A DNA stretch of 64,000 bases from a virus. Its lineage: Duplodnaviria > Caudoviricetes. The stretch is from positions 1 to 64,000 of the IMG/VR virus record IMGVR_UViG_3300032243_000867; one strand, given 5' to 3'. The notes below the pieces were generated by a model, which saw only the letters and a program-made list of their open reading frames with translations, was not told where the DNA came from and searched no databases. Shown here one piece after another: positions 52,015 to 61,635 of the stretch. Every line of letters begins with the position of its first letter. Within the stretch, counting starts at the first letter, position 1. The translations under genes and the position numbers were made by a program.

Positions 52015-54999
52015 ATGCTCGACGGGAACCATTTCCCCAATTTGCTCAGTGAGTTCGTGTACACGCGCACCTACGCGCGATGGCTGGAGGACGCCAAGCG
52101 CCGCGAAACGTGGCCCGAGACCGTCCACCGTTACGTCAGCTACATTTTCAAGGACAAGCCCGCGCCCCACGGGTTGCGCGAGAGCACTGAGAAGCTCATC
52201 CTCAACTTCGACGTGCTCGGTTCGATGCGGGCGCTGTGGTGCGCGGGTCCCGCGATGGACCGCGATAACGTGTGCGGCTACAACTGCTCGTTCTTGCCCG
52301 TGGACAACCTCCGGGCGTTCAGCGAGGCTTTGGCGATTCTCATGGCAGGGACGGGCGTGGGGTTCAGCGTCGAGCGCACGTTCACCGACAACCTCCCGGT
52401 GATCGCGCACCCCACGGGCGACGCCATCGACTACATCATCCAAGACTCGACCGAAGGCTGGGCGGACGCCGTGTACTTCGGGATGGTGCAATACCACCTC
52501 GGGCACCGTGTGAACTGGAACTACTCCCTCATCCGCGCGAAGGGCGAAAGGCTCCACACCAAGGGCGGTCGGGCTAGCGGGCCGGAACCCCTCAAGCGCG
52601 TGCTGGACTTCGCCGGGGAGACCATCGCCGGGGCGGCGGGCCGGAAGCTCAAGCCCATCGAAGCGCATGACATCATGTGCATGATCGCGGAGATCGTGAT
52701 GGTGGGTGGGTTCCGTCGGGCGAGCCTCATCTCGTTCAGCGACGTAGAAGACACAGAGATGCGCGACGCCAAGGACTGGTCGAAGGGCACGTTCCCTTCC
52801 ATCCGTTACATGGCGAACAACAGCGCCGTGTACACGGACCGCCCCACGGAGGAGGTGTTCTGGCGCGAGTGGAACTCCCTCGCCAAGTCGGGCTCGGGCG
52901 AGCGGGGTTTCTACATCGTCAGCCCCAGCAACGTCGCCAAGCGCGGCGGAGAGTTTCGCAGTAACCCCTGCGTCACCGGGGACACCCGCGTGATGACCGA
53001 CCGTGGCATGGTCCAAATCCGCGACCTCGTCGGCAAGCCCACCAAGCTCCTGCTCGACCAGCGGTTTGGCACGGGCGGCTTCGGACACACCACGGAGGCT
53101 GGGGCGTTCAAGACGGGCACCAAGGAGGTGTACCGCCTCACCACGGAGGAGGGGTACACCCTGCGCCTCACGGCTGACCACCGGGTGATGACTTCTCGCG
53201 GGTGGGTCGAGGCCCGTCACCTCACCCCCGCCGACCGCATTCACGTCACCAACAATGGCGGCGGTTTCGGCACCAAGGGGGACGAGAATCTCGGGATGCT
53301 GGCCGGATGGCTCGCCGGGGACGGCTGCGTCCTCGACAACGGGGTCCCCCGCTTCTACTTCTACGGCGAGAAGCGTGAGCTCACGGCTCGCATGGCCGTG
53401 GCAGCGCAAGCCGTCACCGGAGGACCGCTCCCGGTGGCTCACACCTACGCCCCGGCTGATCGGGACACCTTCCAGAGCGCGGACCTTCGCGAGTACCTCG
53501 GGGGGATGACCAAGGGGCGCGTGCCAGAGTTCGTCTGGCAGGGCTCCAAAGACTGCCAGCGGAGCTACCTCTCGGCGCTGTTCAGCGCCGATGGTTCCGT
53601 GCAGGGCACTCGTGAGACGGGTGCCTCGGTGCGTCTATCGTCCGTGGAGGCCGACCTTCTCCGTGACGTGCAGATGCTCCTGCTGAACTTCGGCGTGGCG
53701 TCGAAGCTCTACCTTGACCGTCGCGAGGCGGGGACCCGTCTACTGCCCGATGGCAATGGTGGTCTGTCCCCGTACCCCTGCCAAGCCGACCATGAGCTCA
53801 TGGTGAGCAAGGCTAGCCTCGTCGTGTTCCACCGCAACGTGGGTTTCATGCTGGCGTCCAAGGACGCCAAGCTGAAGTCCGTCGTGGACGGTTTCGTTCG
53901 CGGCCCCTACGCTGAGAAGTTTGTCGCTCGGGTGGCTTCGGTCGAGTCCTGCGGCACCGAAGACGTGTACGACCTCACGGAGCCGACGACTCACTCGTTC
54001 GTCGCGAACGGGATGGTGGTCCACAACTGCGGCGAGATTTTGCTCCGCTTCAAGCGCGCGACCGACCCGTGGACGGGCGCGGGCGGCGGTGGGCAGTTCT
54101 GCAACCTCACGGCGGCGGTGATGCGCCCGCACGACACCCTTGAAACGATGGCCGAGAAGGTTCACGCGGCGACGTGGCTGGGGGTGATTCAGTCCTCTTA
54201 CACGCACTTCCCCTACCTTCGCCCCGCGTGGAAGGAGCTTTGCGACGAGGACCGCCTCGTGGGCGTGGACATCACGGGCCAGTGCGACAACCCGGCGCTC
54301 TCGGGCGACGAGGAAGCGATGACGTACCTGAACGCCCTCGCACGTTCGACGGCGATCATCGCGGCGGCAACCCTCAAGGTTAACCGCCCTGCGGCGATCA
54401 CCTGCGGCAAGCCCAGCGGGAACTCGTCGCAGTTCGTGGACTGCGCCAGCGGGTTTCACACCCGGTACGCGAAGTATTACCACCGTCACGTTCGCATCTC
54501 GTCCAAGGACCCGCTGTACCACCTCGTCCGCGACCAAGGCGTGCCGCTGTTCAAGGAGAACGGGCAAGAACACCTCGACGACGACAAGGTGGACGTGTGG
54601 GTGGCACGGTTCCCGGTGAAGTCTCCCGACGGGGCGAAGCTCCGCGACCACGAGCGCGCCCTCCAGCAGTTGGAGCGGTACCGACAGATCATGCGGACGT
54701 GGTGCGGGACGAAGGGCCACAACCAGAGCGCAACCGTCTACGTCCGCGACGAAGAATGGCAGGAGGTGGGCGAGTGGCTCTGGAAGCACTTCGACGAGGT
54801 GACCGGGCTGTCGTTCCTGAACTACGACGGCGGGGCGTACCGTCTCGCCCCCTACGTCGAGATCACCGAAGAGGAGTATCTCAAGTCCTCGGCGGAGATG
54901 CCGCGCGTGCGGTTCGACCTCCTCCACCGTTACGAGACGGGCGACATGGGCGACGGTGCCCGTGAAGCCGCGTGCGTGGGTGGGGCGTGCGAGGTTTGA
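52015..54999 (+). CDS. nrdJ: Class II (B12-dependent) ribonucleotide reductase with intein
   Basis: VYTRTYARW, YNCSF, GGRASGP, NP|CGEI after splicing, TCGKPSGNSS, C-terminal CVGGACEV; GAGGAG RBS. Confidence 0.9.
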   Translation: MLDGNHFPNLLSEFVYTRTYARWLEDAKRRETWPETVHRYVSYIFKDKPAPHGLRESTEKLILNFDVLGSMRALWCAGPAMDRDNVCGYNCSFLPVDNLRAFSEALAILMAGTGVGFSVERTFTDNLPVIAHPTGDAIDYIIQDSTEGWADAVYFGMVQYHLGHRVNWNYSLIRAKGERLHTKGGRASGPEPLKRVLDFAGETIAGAAGRKLKPIEAHDIMCMIAEIVMVGGFRRASLISFSDVEDTEMRDAKDWSKGTFPSIRYMANNSAVYTDRPTEEVFWREWNSLAKSGSGERGFYIVSPSNVAKRGGEFRSNPCVTGDTRVMTDRGMVQIRDLVGKPTKLLLDQRFGTGGFGHTTEAGAFKTGTKEVYRLTTEEGYTLRLTADHRVMTSRGWVEARHLTPADRIHVTNNGGGFGTKGDENLGMLAGWLAGDGCVLDNGVPRFYFYGEKRELTARMAVAAQAVTGGPLPVAHTYAPADRDTFQSADLREYLGGMTKGRVPEFVWQGSKDCQRSYLSALFSADGSVQGTRETGASVRLSSVEADLLRDVQMLLLNFGVASKLYLDRREAGTRLLPDGNGGLSPYPCQADHELMVSKASLVVFHRNVGFMLASKDAKLKSVVDGFVRGPYAEKFVARVASVESCGTEDVYDLTEPTTHSFVANGMVVHNCGEILLRFKRATDPWTGAGGGGQFCNLTAAVMRPHDTLETMAEKVHAATWLGVIQSSYTHFPYLRPAWKELCDEDRLVGVDITGQCDNPALSGDEEAMTYLNALARSTAIIAAATLKVNRPAAITCGKPSGNSSQFVDCASGFHTRYAKYYHRHVRISSKDPLYHLVRDQGVPLFKENGQEHLDDDKVDVWVARFPVKSPDGAKLRDHERALQQLERYRQIMRTWCGTKGHNQSATVYVRDEEWQEVGEWLWKHFDEVTGLSFLNYDGGAYRLAPYVEITEEEYLKSSAEMPRVRFDLLHRYETGDMGDGAREAACVGGACEV
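52969..54027 (+). mobile_element. Intein (353 aa) with LAGLIDADG homing endonuclease
   Basis: Starts CVTGDTRV, ends FVANGMVVHN|C; LAGWLAGDG and LSALFSADGSV blocks. Confidence 0.9.
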
Positions 55000-55038
55000 C
55001 CCCGTGAAAGGGTGCCGGGGGCGTAACGTATCGACGTT

Positions 55039-57369
55039 ATGCCCCCCATCCCCAAGTCTCCCTCTGCCTACTACTCAGGGCGGGTTCACTCGGTCAACTT
55101 CTCGGACGAGTCCAAGGCGTTCTACGTTCTGCGCGTCGCGCTGGACGCGGAGAACTTGACCGGCAACCTCCCCTCCAACATCGTTACCGCGCGCGGGGAA
55201 ATCCCCGGCGTGAAGATCGCCGTGGGGACTTGGTTCGGTTTCGAGGCCGCGTGGGACGATCACCCCAAGTACGGGCGGCAACTGAAGATCACCCGCGCCC
55301 CCGTCCTCAAGAACGGGTGGGATGACGACACCTGTGAGAAGATCCTCACCTCCCACGGTATCGGTTCCGCCATCGCCGTAAAGCTCCGCGAGGCTTTCAA
55401 GGGAGATATGCCCGCCGCTCTGGCAGACCCGGAGCGATTGAAGGCCGTTCCGGGTATCACCTCGTTCGTTGCGGAGCACATCGCTCACAAGTGGAAGGTC
55501 GCCCGCAGCCAATTCCTCACCCTGGATTTCCTCGGGGACCTCGGGTTGCCGCAAGGGAAGATCCGTCAGGTGTGGTCCACCTTCGGGGATCGTGCTCAGG
55601 ATGTACTGGCGACGGACCCGTGGTCCCTTCTGGAGATCGACGGAATCGCTTTCTCGGACTGCGACCTTGTCGCCCAGCGCCTCGGTCTGGACTGCTCCCC
55701 GTCGAACCTCAACCGCGTGAAAGGGGCGGTTCTTCACGCCTCGAAGTTCTCGAAGCGCCTCGGCCACCTGTACCTCTCTTCGGGTGAGCTCCTCGGTTCC
55801 GTCCGACCCCTCGATCCTCTGATGACCGACCGGGACATCGCCACGGGCTTGAAGGCCCTGATGGACGAGAAGCGGGTGGCGGTGGACCGGGTGACGGCAC
55901 CGGGCATCACGGCTATCTACGACCCGTGGTCCTACGAGACGGAGAACGGCTCGGCGGCGCTCCTTCGGGAACGGCTCACGACGGCGGCGATTCCGACCGA
56001 CCGCGCTGCTCGGTACGCGAAGTCTATTCTGGGCGAGGAAGTTCCGGGCACCCTGCGCGAAGCCGGGGAGAAGTACCTATCGCGGGTGGGGTCCAACCTG
56101 GGCATCGCCCTCTCCACCAAGCAGACAGAAGCCGTGCTGAACGCGCTCACCGAGAGCGTGTCTATCATCACGGGTCTTCCGGGCTCGGGCAAGACGACCT
56201 CTCTCCGCATGGCCCTGACCCTTTTGCACGAGGCGGGCGTGCAACCTTTGGTGGTGGCCCCCACGGGAATCGCGGCGAAACGGGTCGCTTCCGTCACTGG
56301 GGTCACCGCCAGTACGATCCACCGCGCCTTCAAGGCCAAGGGGATCGAGAGCGAGGGGGGGCGAGAATCTACCTACGCGGGCGTCGTCGGTGAACGGGGG
56401 GACGGGTCGCTCTCGGACGGTTCGGATGAGGAGTGGGGCTACGGGCCGGGAAAGCCTCACCCTGCTGAAGTAGTAGTGATCGACGAGTCCAGCATGGTAG
56501 ACCAAGCCGTGCTGTACCGGGTGCTGTCGTGTACCCGCCCGGACTGCCGAATCGTGTTCGTCGGAGACGCCGCTCAGTTACCGTCCGTGGGGGCGGGCAA
56601 CGTCCTGCGCGACCTCATCGAATCGGGCCGTTTCCCTACCGTGTCCTTGACGGAGATTTTTCGTCAAGCCGACACCAGCCCCATCGTTACGGCTGCACAC
56701 GACATTTTTCACGGTCGAGTGCCCGAGGCCCCGGTGAAGTCCGACTTCTCCCTGCTTTCGCTAGCGGACGATGAAGAGGTACTGAAAACGATCCTGTCCG
56801 TGTCGGAGAAGCTGTACGGGCAGCGGGCGAATTTTCAGGTGCTCTCCCCCCGGCACGCGGGCACGCTGGGCGTTACCAACCTCAACACCCGGTTGCGTGC
56901 GATCCTCAACCCGGCGCAGCCCGGTCTGAACGAGGTCACTCTCGGAGGGGAGACGCTTCGGGAAGGGGACCGTGTGATCGTCTGCAAGAACGACTACAAG
57001 CTGGGGGTGTTCAACGGCGACGTGGCCAAGGTGAACTTCATCGACAAGAACGCCAAAGAGATCGAAATCAAGATCCACGGCCCGCCCGTCGTGCTTGTGC
57101 GTATCCCCCGAGCTTCAGCCGGAACCCTTCTCCGTCTCGCCTACGCCGTGACGGTCCACCGCTGCCAAGGACTGGAGTACGACGCGGTGGTGATGCCGAT
57201 TGTAGACGGGTTCGCTCACCAGCTACAGCGCAACCTGTTCTACACGGCCATCACCCGCGCCAAGAAGAAGGTCCTGCTGGTAGGAACCCACCGCGCTATG
57301 GAACGGGCGGTGAGCAACAATCGAGAGGACGCGCGGAACACTCTGTTCGCAGCGCGCCTGAGGGCGTAA
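55039..57369 (+). CDS. recD2: RecD2-like SF1B helicase
   Basis: ITGLPGSGKTT, VIDESSM, VGDAAQLPSVGAG, FRQA, AYAVTVHRCQGLE, YTAITRAK. Confidence 0.9.
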   Translation: MPPIPKSPSAYYSGRVHSVNFSDESKAFYVLRVALDAENLTGNLPSNIVTARGEIPGVKIAVGTWFGFEAAWDDHPKYGRQLKITRAPVLKNGWDDDTCEKILTSHGIGSAIAVKLREAFKGDMPAALADPERLKAVPGITSFVAEHIAHKWKVARSQFLTLDFLGDLGLPQGKIRQVWSTFGDRAQDVLATDPWSLLEIDGIAFSDCDLVAQRLGLDCSPSNLNRVKGAVLHASKFSKRLGHLYLSSGELLGSVRPLDPLMTDRDIATGLKALMDEKRVAVDRVTAPGITAIYDPWSYETENGSAALLRERLTTAAIPTDRAARYAKSILGEEVPGTLREAGEKYLSRVGSNLGIALSTKQTEAVLNALTESVSIITGLPGSGKTTSLRMALTLLHEAGVQPLVVAPTGIAAKRVASVTGVTASTIHRAFKAKGIESEGGRESTYAGVVGERGDGSLSDGSDEEWGYGPGKPHPAEVVVIDESSMVDQAVLYRVLSCTRPDCRIVFVGDAAQLPSVGAGNVLRDLIESGRFPTVSLTEIFRQADTSPIVTAAHDIFHGRVPEAPVKSDFSLLSLADDEEVLKTILSVSEKLYGQRANFQVLSPRHAGTLGVTNLNTRLRAILNPAQPGLNEVTLGGETLREGDRVIVCKNDYKLGVFNGDVAKVNFIDKNAKEIEIKIHGPPVVLVRIPRASAGTLLRLAYAVTVHRCQGLEYDAVVMPIVDGFAHQLQRNLFYTAITRAKKKVLLVGTHRAMERAVSNNREDARNTLFAARLRA

Positions 57370-57395
57370 AGGTTCGGGAAGGGACACACACGGAC

Positions 57396-57797
57396 ATGAG
57401 CAACGACGAACTTCGGGCGCTGGTTCAACGGGTCAAGGCGGGTCTGAAGATCACCAAGGTGGTCGCGACCCGTTCGGTAAAGGGCCGGGGCGGAGACACC
57501 TTCGTAGGTTTCTCCGCCGCGTGGAACAGCGTTCAGGAGGACGGCGGGCAGGGAGTCATTACCGCTGGGGAGGACTCCGACGAGGGGAACAACCTCAACG
57601 GTATGACCATGCAAGAGGCCCTCGTCGCCAGCATCCTTATTGCCCGCGAAGCCGACACCGCCGCCTACCGCAACGCGGCGGCGGGGGGAAACATCTCCCA
57701 GTCTCAAGCGGACGGGGCCATCACGGCAATCAAGTCGAACTACAGCAAGCTTCTGGTGAGCGCCCTCGGAGCGGGGAACAATGGTTCTGACAAGTGA
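57396..57797 (+). CDS. Hypothetical protein
   Basis: 133 aa in the replication operon. Confidence 0.7.
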   Translation: MSNDELRALVQRVKAGLKITKVVATRSVKGRGGDTFVGFSAAWNSVQEDGGQGVITAGEDSDEGNNLNGMTMQEALVASILIAREADTAAYRNAAAGGNISQSQADGAITAIKSNYSKLLVSALGAGNNGSDK

Positions 57798-58494
57798 CCC
57801 GATGCTCGACCCCTCGCACATTGAGGGGTTGTACAACTCGCTCGGAGCGATGCAGGTTGATCTGGACGCAGACCCTCTGGAGCTCGGCCCGAAGCGTCTG
57901 AACGGGAAGATCGCTGAGTGCCGGGGGATGCTCTCCCGGTGCGAGAAGATTTTTCTCGACGTGTCGCAGTCCCTTCACCGCTACAAGCGCCTTCACCGGG
58001 CGGCGAGCGCGGACTTCAAGCTCCGTATGCGGGATATGTTCACCAACGACCCGGAAGTTCGTATGGGTCGCAATGTGACGGACCGTGAAGCTATCGCGGC
58101 GAACAAGATGCGCCCGGAAGCTGAAGAAATCGACCGTTTGACGGCGAACGTCGAAGACCTCGAAGCGGTTCTTACCGTGGTGCGAACGAAGCGCGCGGAC
58201 CTGAAGGATATTCAGGGACGCCTCAAGGATCAGCTCAAGGTGTGCCAAGAGGAAATCTCCCTCGGCGGGCGCTGGGGGAAGTCTCTGATCGCCACCGGGC
58301 GTATCCTCGACCCGGCGGGCGATAGCGTGACCGACCTCATCGAGAACGTGTTGGTCCGCCCCCCGGCGAAGGCACTTGTTGGTGATGAGGACATTCCCTT
58401 GGAGCCCGTTCCTGACGAGGTTCCCTCTGTCCGTCACCCGGATGAGGGTATCTTCACCGACGAAGGGATCGACGAAATTCTCTCTTCGCTCTGA
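57781..58494 (+). CDS. Hypothetical coiled-coil protein with acidic tail
   Basis: Heptad pattern; start may be 57802. Confidence 0.7.
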   Translation: MVLTSDPMLDPSHIEGLYNSLGAMQVDLDADPLELGPKRLNGKIAECRGMLSRCEKIFLDVSQSLHRYKRLHRAASADFKLRMRDMFTNDPEVRMGRNVTDREAIAANKMRPEAEEIDRLTANVEDLEAVLTVVRTKRADLKDIQGRLKDQLKVCQEEISLGGRWGKSLIATGRILDPAGDSVTDLIENVLVRPPAKALVGDEDIPLEPVPDEVPSVRHPDEGIFTDEGIDEILSSL

Positions 58495-58587
58495 AAAATT
58501 TCCCGCCTCCCGTTGGGGGCGGGCGTAATAACCCCCGCGAACACTGTCCCAATCAATCGACCCGTTCGCAACAAAGGAAAGACCAAG

Positions 58588-59307
58588 ATGAGCAACGGAT
58601 ACCTGGAATTCGGTTTCGGTCAGGATGACGGCAACATCGGCGCGAAGGGCAAGCGTTTCAAGGCCAAGGAGGGCGAGACGTACCGCGTCTCGTTCGTCTG
58701 GTGGCCGGGGATCGAGGAGGGCAAGCCCAACCTCGACGCGCAAACCCCTCGCTTCCTCGGCTGCAAGCGCCTGTACCTCGCGGGCGTCGGGTACTTCACG
58801 GACAAGGGTCCCGAGTACGTCAAGATCGCGGGCGGCGGTCCCGCGAAGATGTACGCCGCCACGATCATCTGCAAGTGGCCCACGGACTCGCGTGGCAACC
58901 TCGACAAGTCCCGCTTCGCGGCGGGGGAGTTCGAGATCAACTCGTGGGTGATGTCGGTGGACAAGTACCGCTCCATCGAGGCGCGTCACAAGGAGTTCCC
59001 CCTCGGTCAGCACGACGTGACCCTGTCCTGCACCGACACCCAGTACCAGAAGATCGACATCAGCCCGTGCCGCGAGTCCCTGTTCCGCAAGATCCTGGAG
59101 AAGGACCAGGAACGCGCCCGTTCGATCATCGAAGCCATCCAGGCGGCGGCGAAGGAGGTCCCCCGCGACCTCGCGCAAGACCTCACCCTCGACCAGATCC
59201 GTGAGAAGCTCGGCAAGGGCGGCGGTCCGTCCCCGGTATCGAACAGCGGCCCCGTTTCCAACAACAGCTCCGACTTCGACGGGATGCTCGACGACATCCT
59301 CAAGTGA
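58588..59307 (+). CDS. Putative single-stranded DNA-binding protein (gp32-like)
   Basis: AAGGA RBS; aromatic beta-strands; acidic tail SDFDGMLDDILK; replication context. Confidence 0.55.
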   Translation: MSNGYLEFGFGQDDGNIGAKGKRFKAKEGETYRVSFVWWPGIEEGKPNLDAQTPRFLGCKRLYLAGVGYFTDKGPEYVKIAGGGPAKMYAATIICKWPTDSRGNLDKSRFAAGEFEINSWVMSVDKYRSIEARHKEFPLGQHDVTLSCTDTQYQKIDISPCRESLFRKILEKDQERARSIIEAIQAAAKEVPRDLAQDLTLDQIREKLGKGGGPSPVSNSGPVSNNSSDFDGMLDDILK

Positions 59308-59450
59308 GGGTATCGTAAATCACGGCGCGGACAGGCACCTCGGGGTGATTCCCCCCTCACCACCGACCCAAGCCGCCCGCGCCTACTAGAGGGGCACACC
59401 GGGATCTCCCCCCACCCGGTGTGCCCCTCGCCTATTTCGGAGACCCCTCC

Positions 59451-60113
59451 ATGAAGGTCATCGGACTCGACCCCTCACTTTCTAATTTCGGATGGGCACT
59501 TCACGACACCACGGCCACGGGCGCGGCCCGGTGCATCGCGCGCGGTAGGCATTCCACCCCCGCCGACATGACCTTCGTGGACCGCTACACGTTCATGCGG
59601 GATTCGTTGCGGGAGCTCATTCAGAGGCACCAACCCGACAAGGTGGGGATCGAGAGCCCGTTCTTCGGGGGGACGTTCAGCGAGGGGATGTACGCGCTGT
59701 TCGTCTACTCCAACGAGGCTCTCAAGCTGGAGCGCCGCGACGTGGTGTACTTCTCGCCGTTGCAGGTGAAGGCGCACGCGCGGGAGTCTCTCGGTCGCCC
59801 CGACAAGTGGAAGATGCAGAAGCCCGACATGGTCGCGGCGATGAAGCACGACCTCGGCGGTGGCGGCAAGAACGTCAACCACAACGAGGCCGACGCCTAC
59901 TTGGTGGGGAGGCTAGCGGGGCGGTTCTGGCGCTACCTCGACGGCGAGCTCACGGACGCGGACCTCACCCCGGAGGAGCGTAAGCTCTTCGCAGAGGTTC
60001 ACACCTACCAGCGGGGCAAGAAGGCTGGGAAAACAGAGAGAAAGGGATTGGTCTACCGTGAAGAAGACAGGTTCTTCCGCTGGTCGCAGGATGGTTCAAG
60101 TGAGGCCCCCTGA
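59451..60113 (+). CDS. ruvC: RuvC-like Holliday junction resolvase
   Basis: VIGLDPS, VGIESPF, HNEADA. Confidence 0.8.
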   Translation: MKVIGLDPSLSNFGWALHDTTATGAARCIARGRHSTPADMTFVDRYTFMRDSLRELIQRHQPDKVGIESPFFGGTFSEGMYALFVYSNEALKLERRDVVYFSPLQVKAHARESLGRPDKWKMQKPDMVAAMKHDLGGGGKNVNHNEADAYLVGRLAGRFWRYLDGELTDADLTPEERKLFAEVHTYQRGKKAGKTERKGLVYREEDRFFRWSQDGSSEAP

Positions 60114-60393
60114 CCTTCAGATCCTCCTGCACTCCACGATGCGGTACTCCCTCGGGCGCATGACCTATATGCCCGCGATGGTGCAGGACCTCATCAAGCA
60201 GCACCGTGAGGTGTTCACCAACGAGATGCTCGGGCAACTCGCGGACGAGATTCAGAGCGAGCACGACGCTCGCGGCGGGAAACTCGGCATGGACTTCGAT
60301 ACCAAGGGCTGGTTGGATTTCCGTGATTGGCTACGCGCTACCGCCGCAGCGGGCGTAATACCCTCGCCTCTATCTCTCAACTCCAAGGAGTAA
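60100..60393 (+). CDS. Conserved phage hypothetical protein (RYSLGRMTY motif)
   Basis: MRYSLGRMTYMP...WLDFRDWL; start 60091 or 60100. Confidence 0.6.
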   Translation: MRPPDLQILLHSTMRYSLGRMTYMPAMVQDLIKQHREVFTNEMLGQLADEIQSEHDARGGKLGMDFDTKGWLDFRDWLRATAAAGVIPSPLSLNSKE

Positions 60394-60398
60394 GCCGA

Positions 60399-61622
60399 AT
60401 GGCCCCAAAGAAAACCGCCGCCCCCGCCCCCAAGGTGTCCGCCCTCACCCGCGCCCGTACGGCGATCACCACCGTCCTGAAAGAAGACCACGTCGTCCCC
60501 CTGTCCGAAGACCTCCTCAAGCAGTCCACCCCGCACATCCCCACGGGCTCGATCATCGTGGACTACGCCATCGGCGGGAAGGTCAACAAGTACGGGATCG
60601 CCCCGTGCCCCGGCATCCCCCGTGGGCGCATCACTCAGCTCTACGGGCAGAACAGCGCCGGGAAGACCACCCTCGCCCTGACCATTGCCGCCAGCGTGTG
60701 CGCGGCGGGGGGGACGGTCGCGTACATCGACTGGGAACACGAGGTCGAGCCCCGCTACGCCAGCACCCTTGGCGTGCCCATCGGCGACGAATCTCGCTTC
60801 ATCCTCATGCAGCCCAACACGCTGGAGGAAGGGATGAAGGCGATGGCCGTGTTCATCTCCGAAGGCGTGGACCTCGTGGTTCTCGACTCGGTGGGGGCGG
60901 GCAAGCCCGAGGTTCAGGTGAACCGGGACGTGAGCGAAATCGGTGACCAGACCCGTGTGGGCATCATCGCCCAGAAGTGGTCTGAGTTCCTTCCTACAGT
61001 GAAGTCGATGATCTCGAAGTCGGGCACGACCATCCTCGCCATCTCGCAGCTTCGCAAGACCATCTCGGCCATGACGGGCGGGCCGGATAGCGCCCCGCAG
61101 GGCGGCGAGGCGTGGAAGTTCTACACCAGCGTCCGTATGTCGCTGCGCGTGATGCAGAAGGAGAAGGCCCGCCAGTTCGACGCCCTCACGGGCAAGCTGG
61201 AGGAGAAGGTGGTGGGAACCATCGTCGTCCTCAAGCTCGACAAGTGCAAGGTCAGCGACTCGGTGAACAACGAGTTCAAGTTCTACCTCAAGTCGGGCTA
61301 CGGCATCGACAACACCCGCTCGGTTCTCGACCTCGCCATCGCGTACAAGATCGTGAACAAGTCCGGGGCGTGGCTCCTGTGGGGCAACAGTCCCAAGGGC
61401 GAAATCAAGGTGCAGGGCACCGACGCAATGCTCAAGGCGCTGAACGAGGACCCGAAACTTCTCACCGCCCTCTTCTCACAGGTCACCCCGAAGCTCATGC
61501 AGACTCCCGCCACGCCCGCGGAGACGGAAACAGAAGAGGCTTCATCGGATGATCTGGATGAGATTCTTTCCGCCGTTCCCGGCGTAAAGTCGGCGGTCGC
61601 AGCCGTCGAAGACGAAGGCTGA
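60399..61622 (+). CDS. recA: RecA/UvsX recombinase
   Basis: GQNSAGKTT, YIDWEH, VVLDSV, ISQLR, GGEAWKFYTSVR; AAGGAG RBS. Confidence 0.9.
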   Translation: MAPKKTAAPAPKVSALTRARTAITTVLKEDHVVPLSEDLLKQSTPHIPTGSIIVDYAIGGKVNKYGIAPCPGIPRGRITQLYGQNSAGKTTLALTIAASVCAAGGTVAYIDWEHEVEPRYASTLGVPIGDESRFILMQPNTLEEGMKAMAVFISEGVDLVVLDSVGAGKPEVQVNRDVSEIGDQTRVGIIAQKWSEFLPTVKSMISKSGTTILAISQLRKTISAMTGGPDSAPQGGEAWKFYTSVRMSLRVMQKEKARQFDALTGKLEEKVVGTIVVLKLDKCKVSDSVNNEFKFYLKSGYGIDNTRSVLDLAIAYKIVNKSGAWLLWGNSPKGEIKVQGTDAMLKALNEDPKLLTALFSQVTPKLMQTPATPAETETEEASSDDLDEILSAVPGVKSAVAAVEDEG

Positions 61623-61635
61623 CCGGGAGCCCCGA

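Noticed and set aside
43494-59178. Long antisense ORFs (43494..45014-, 44939..46444-, 52009..53442-, 53740..54927-, 57730..59178-)
   Set aside because: They mirror well-supported plus-strand genes and have Arg/Gly/Val shadow composition.
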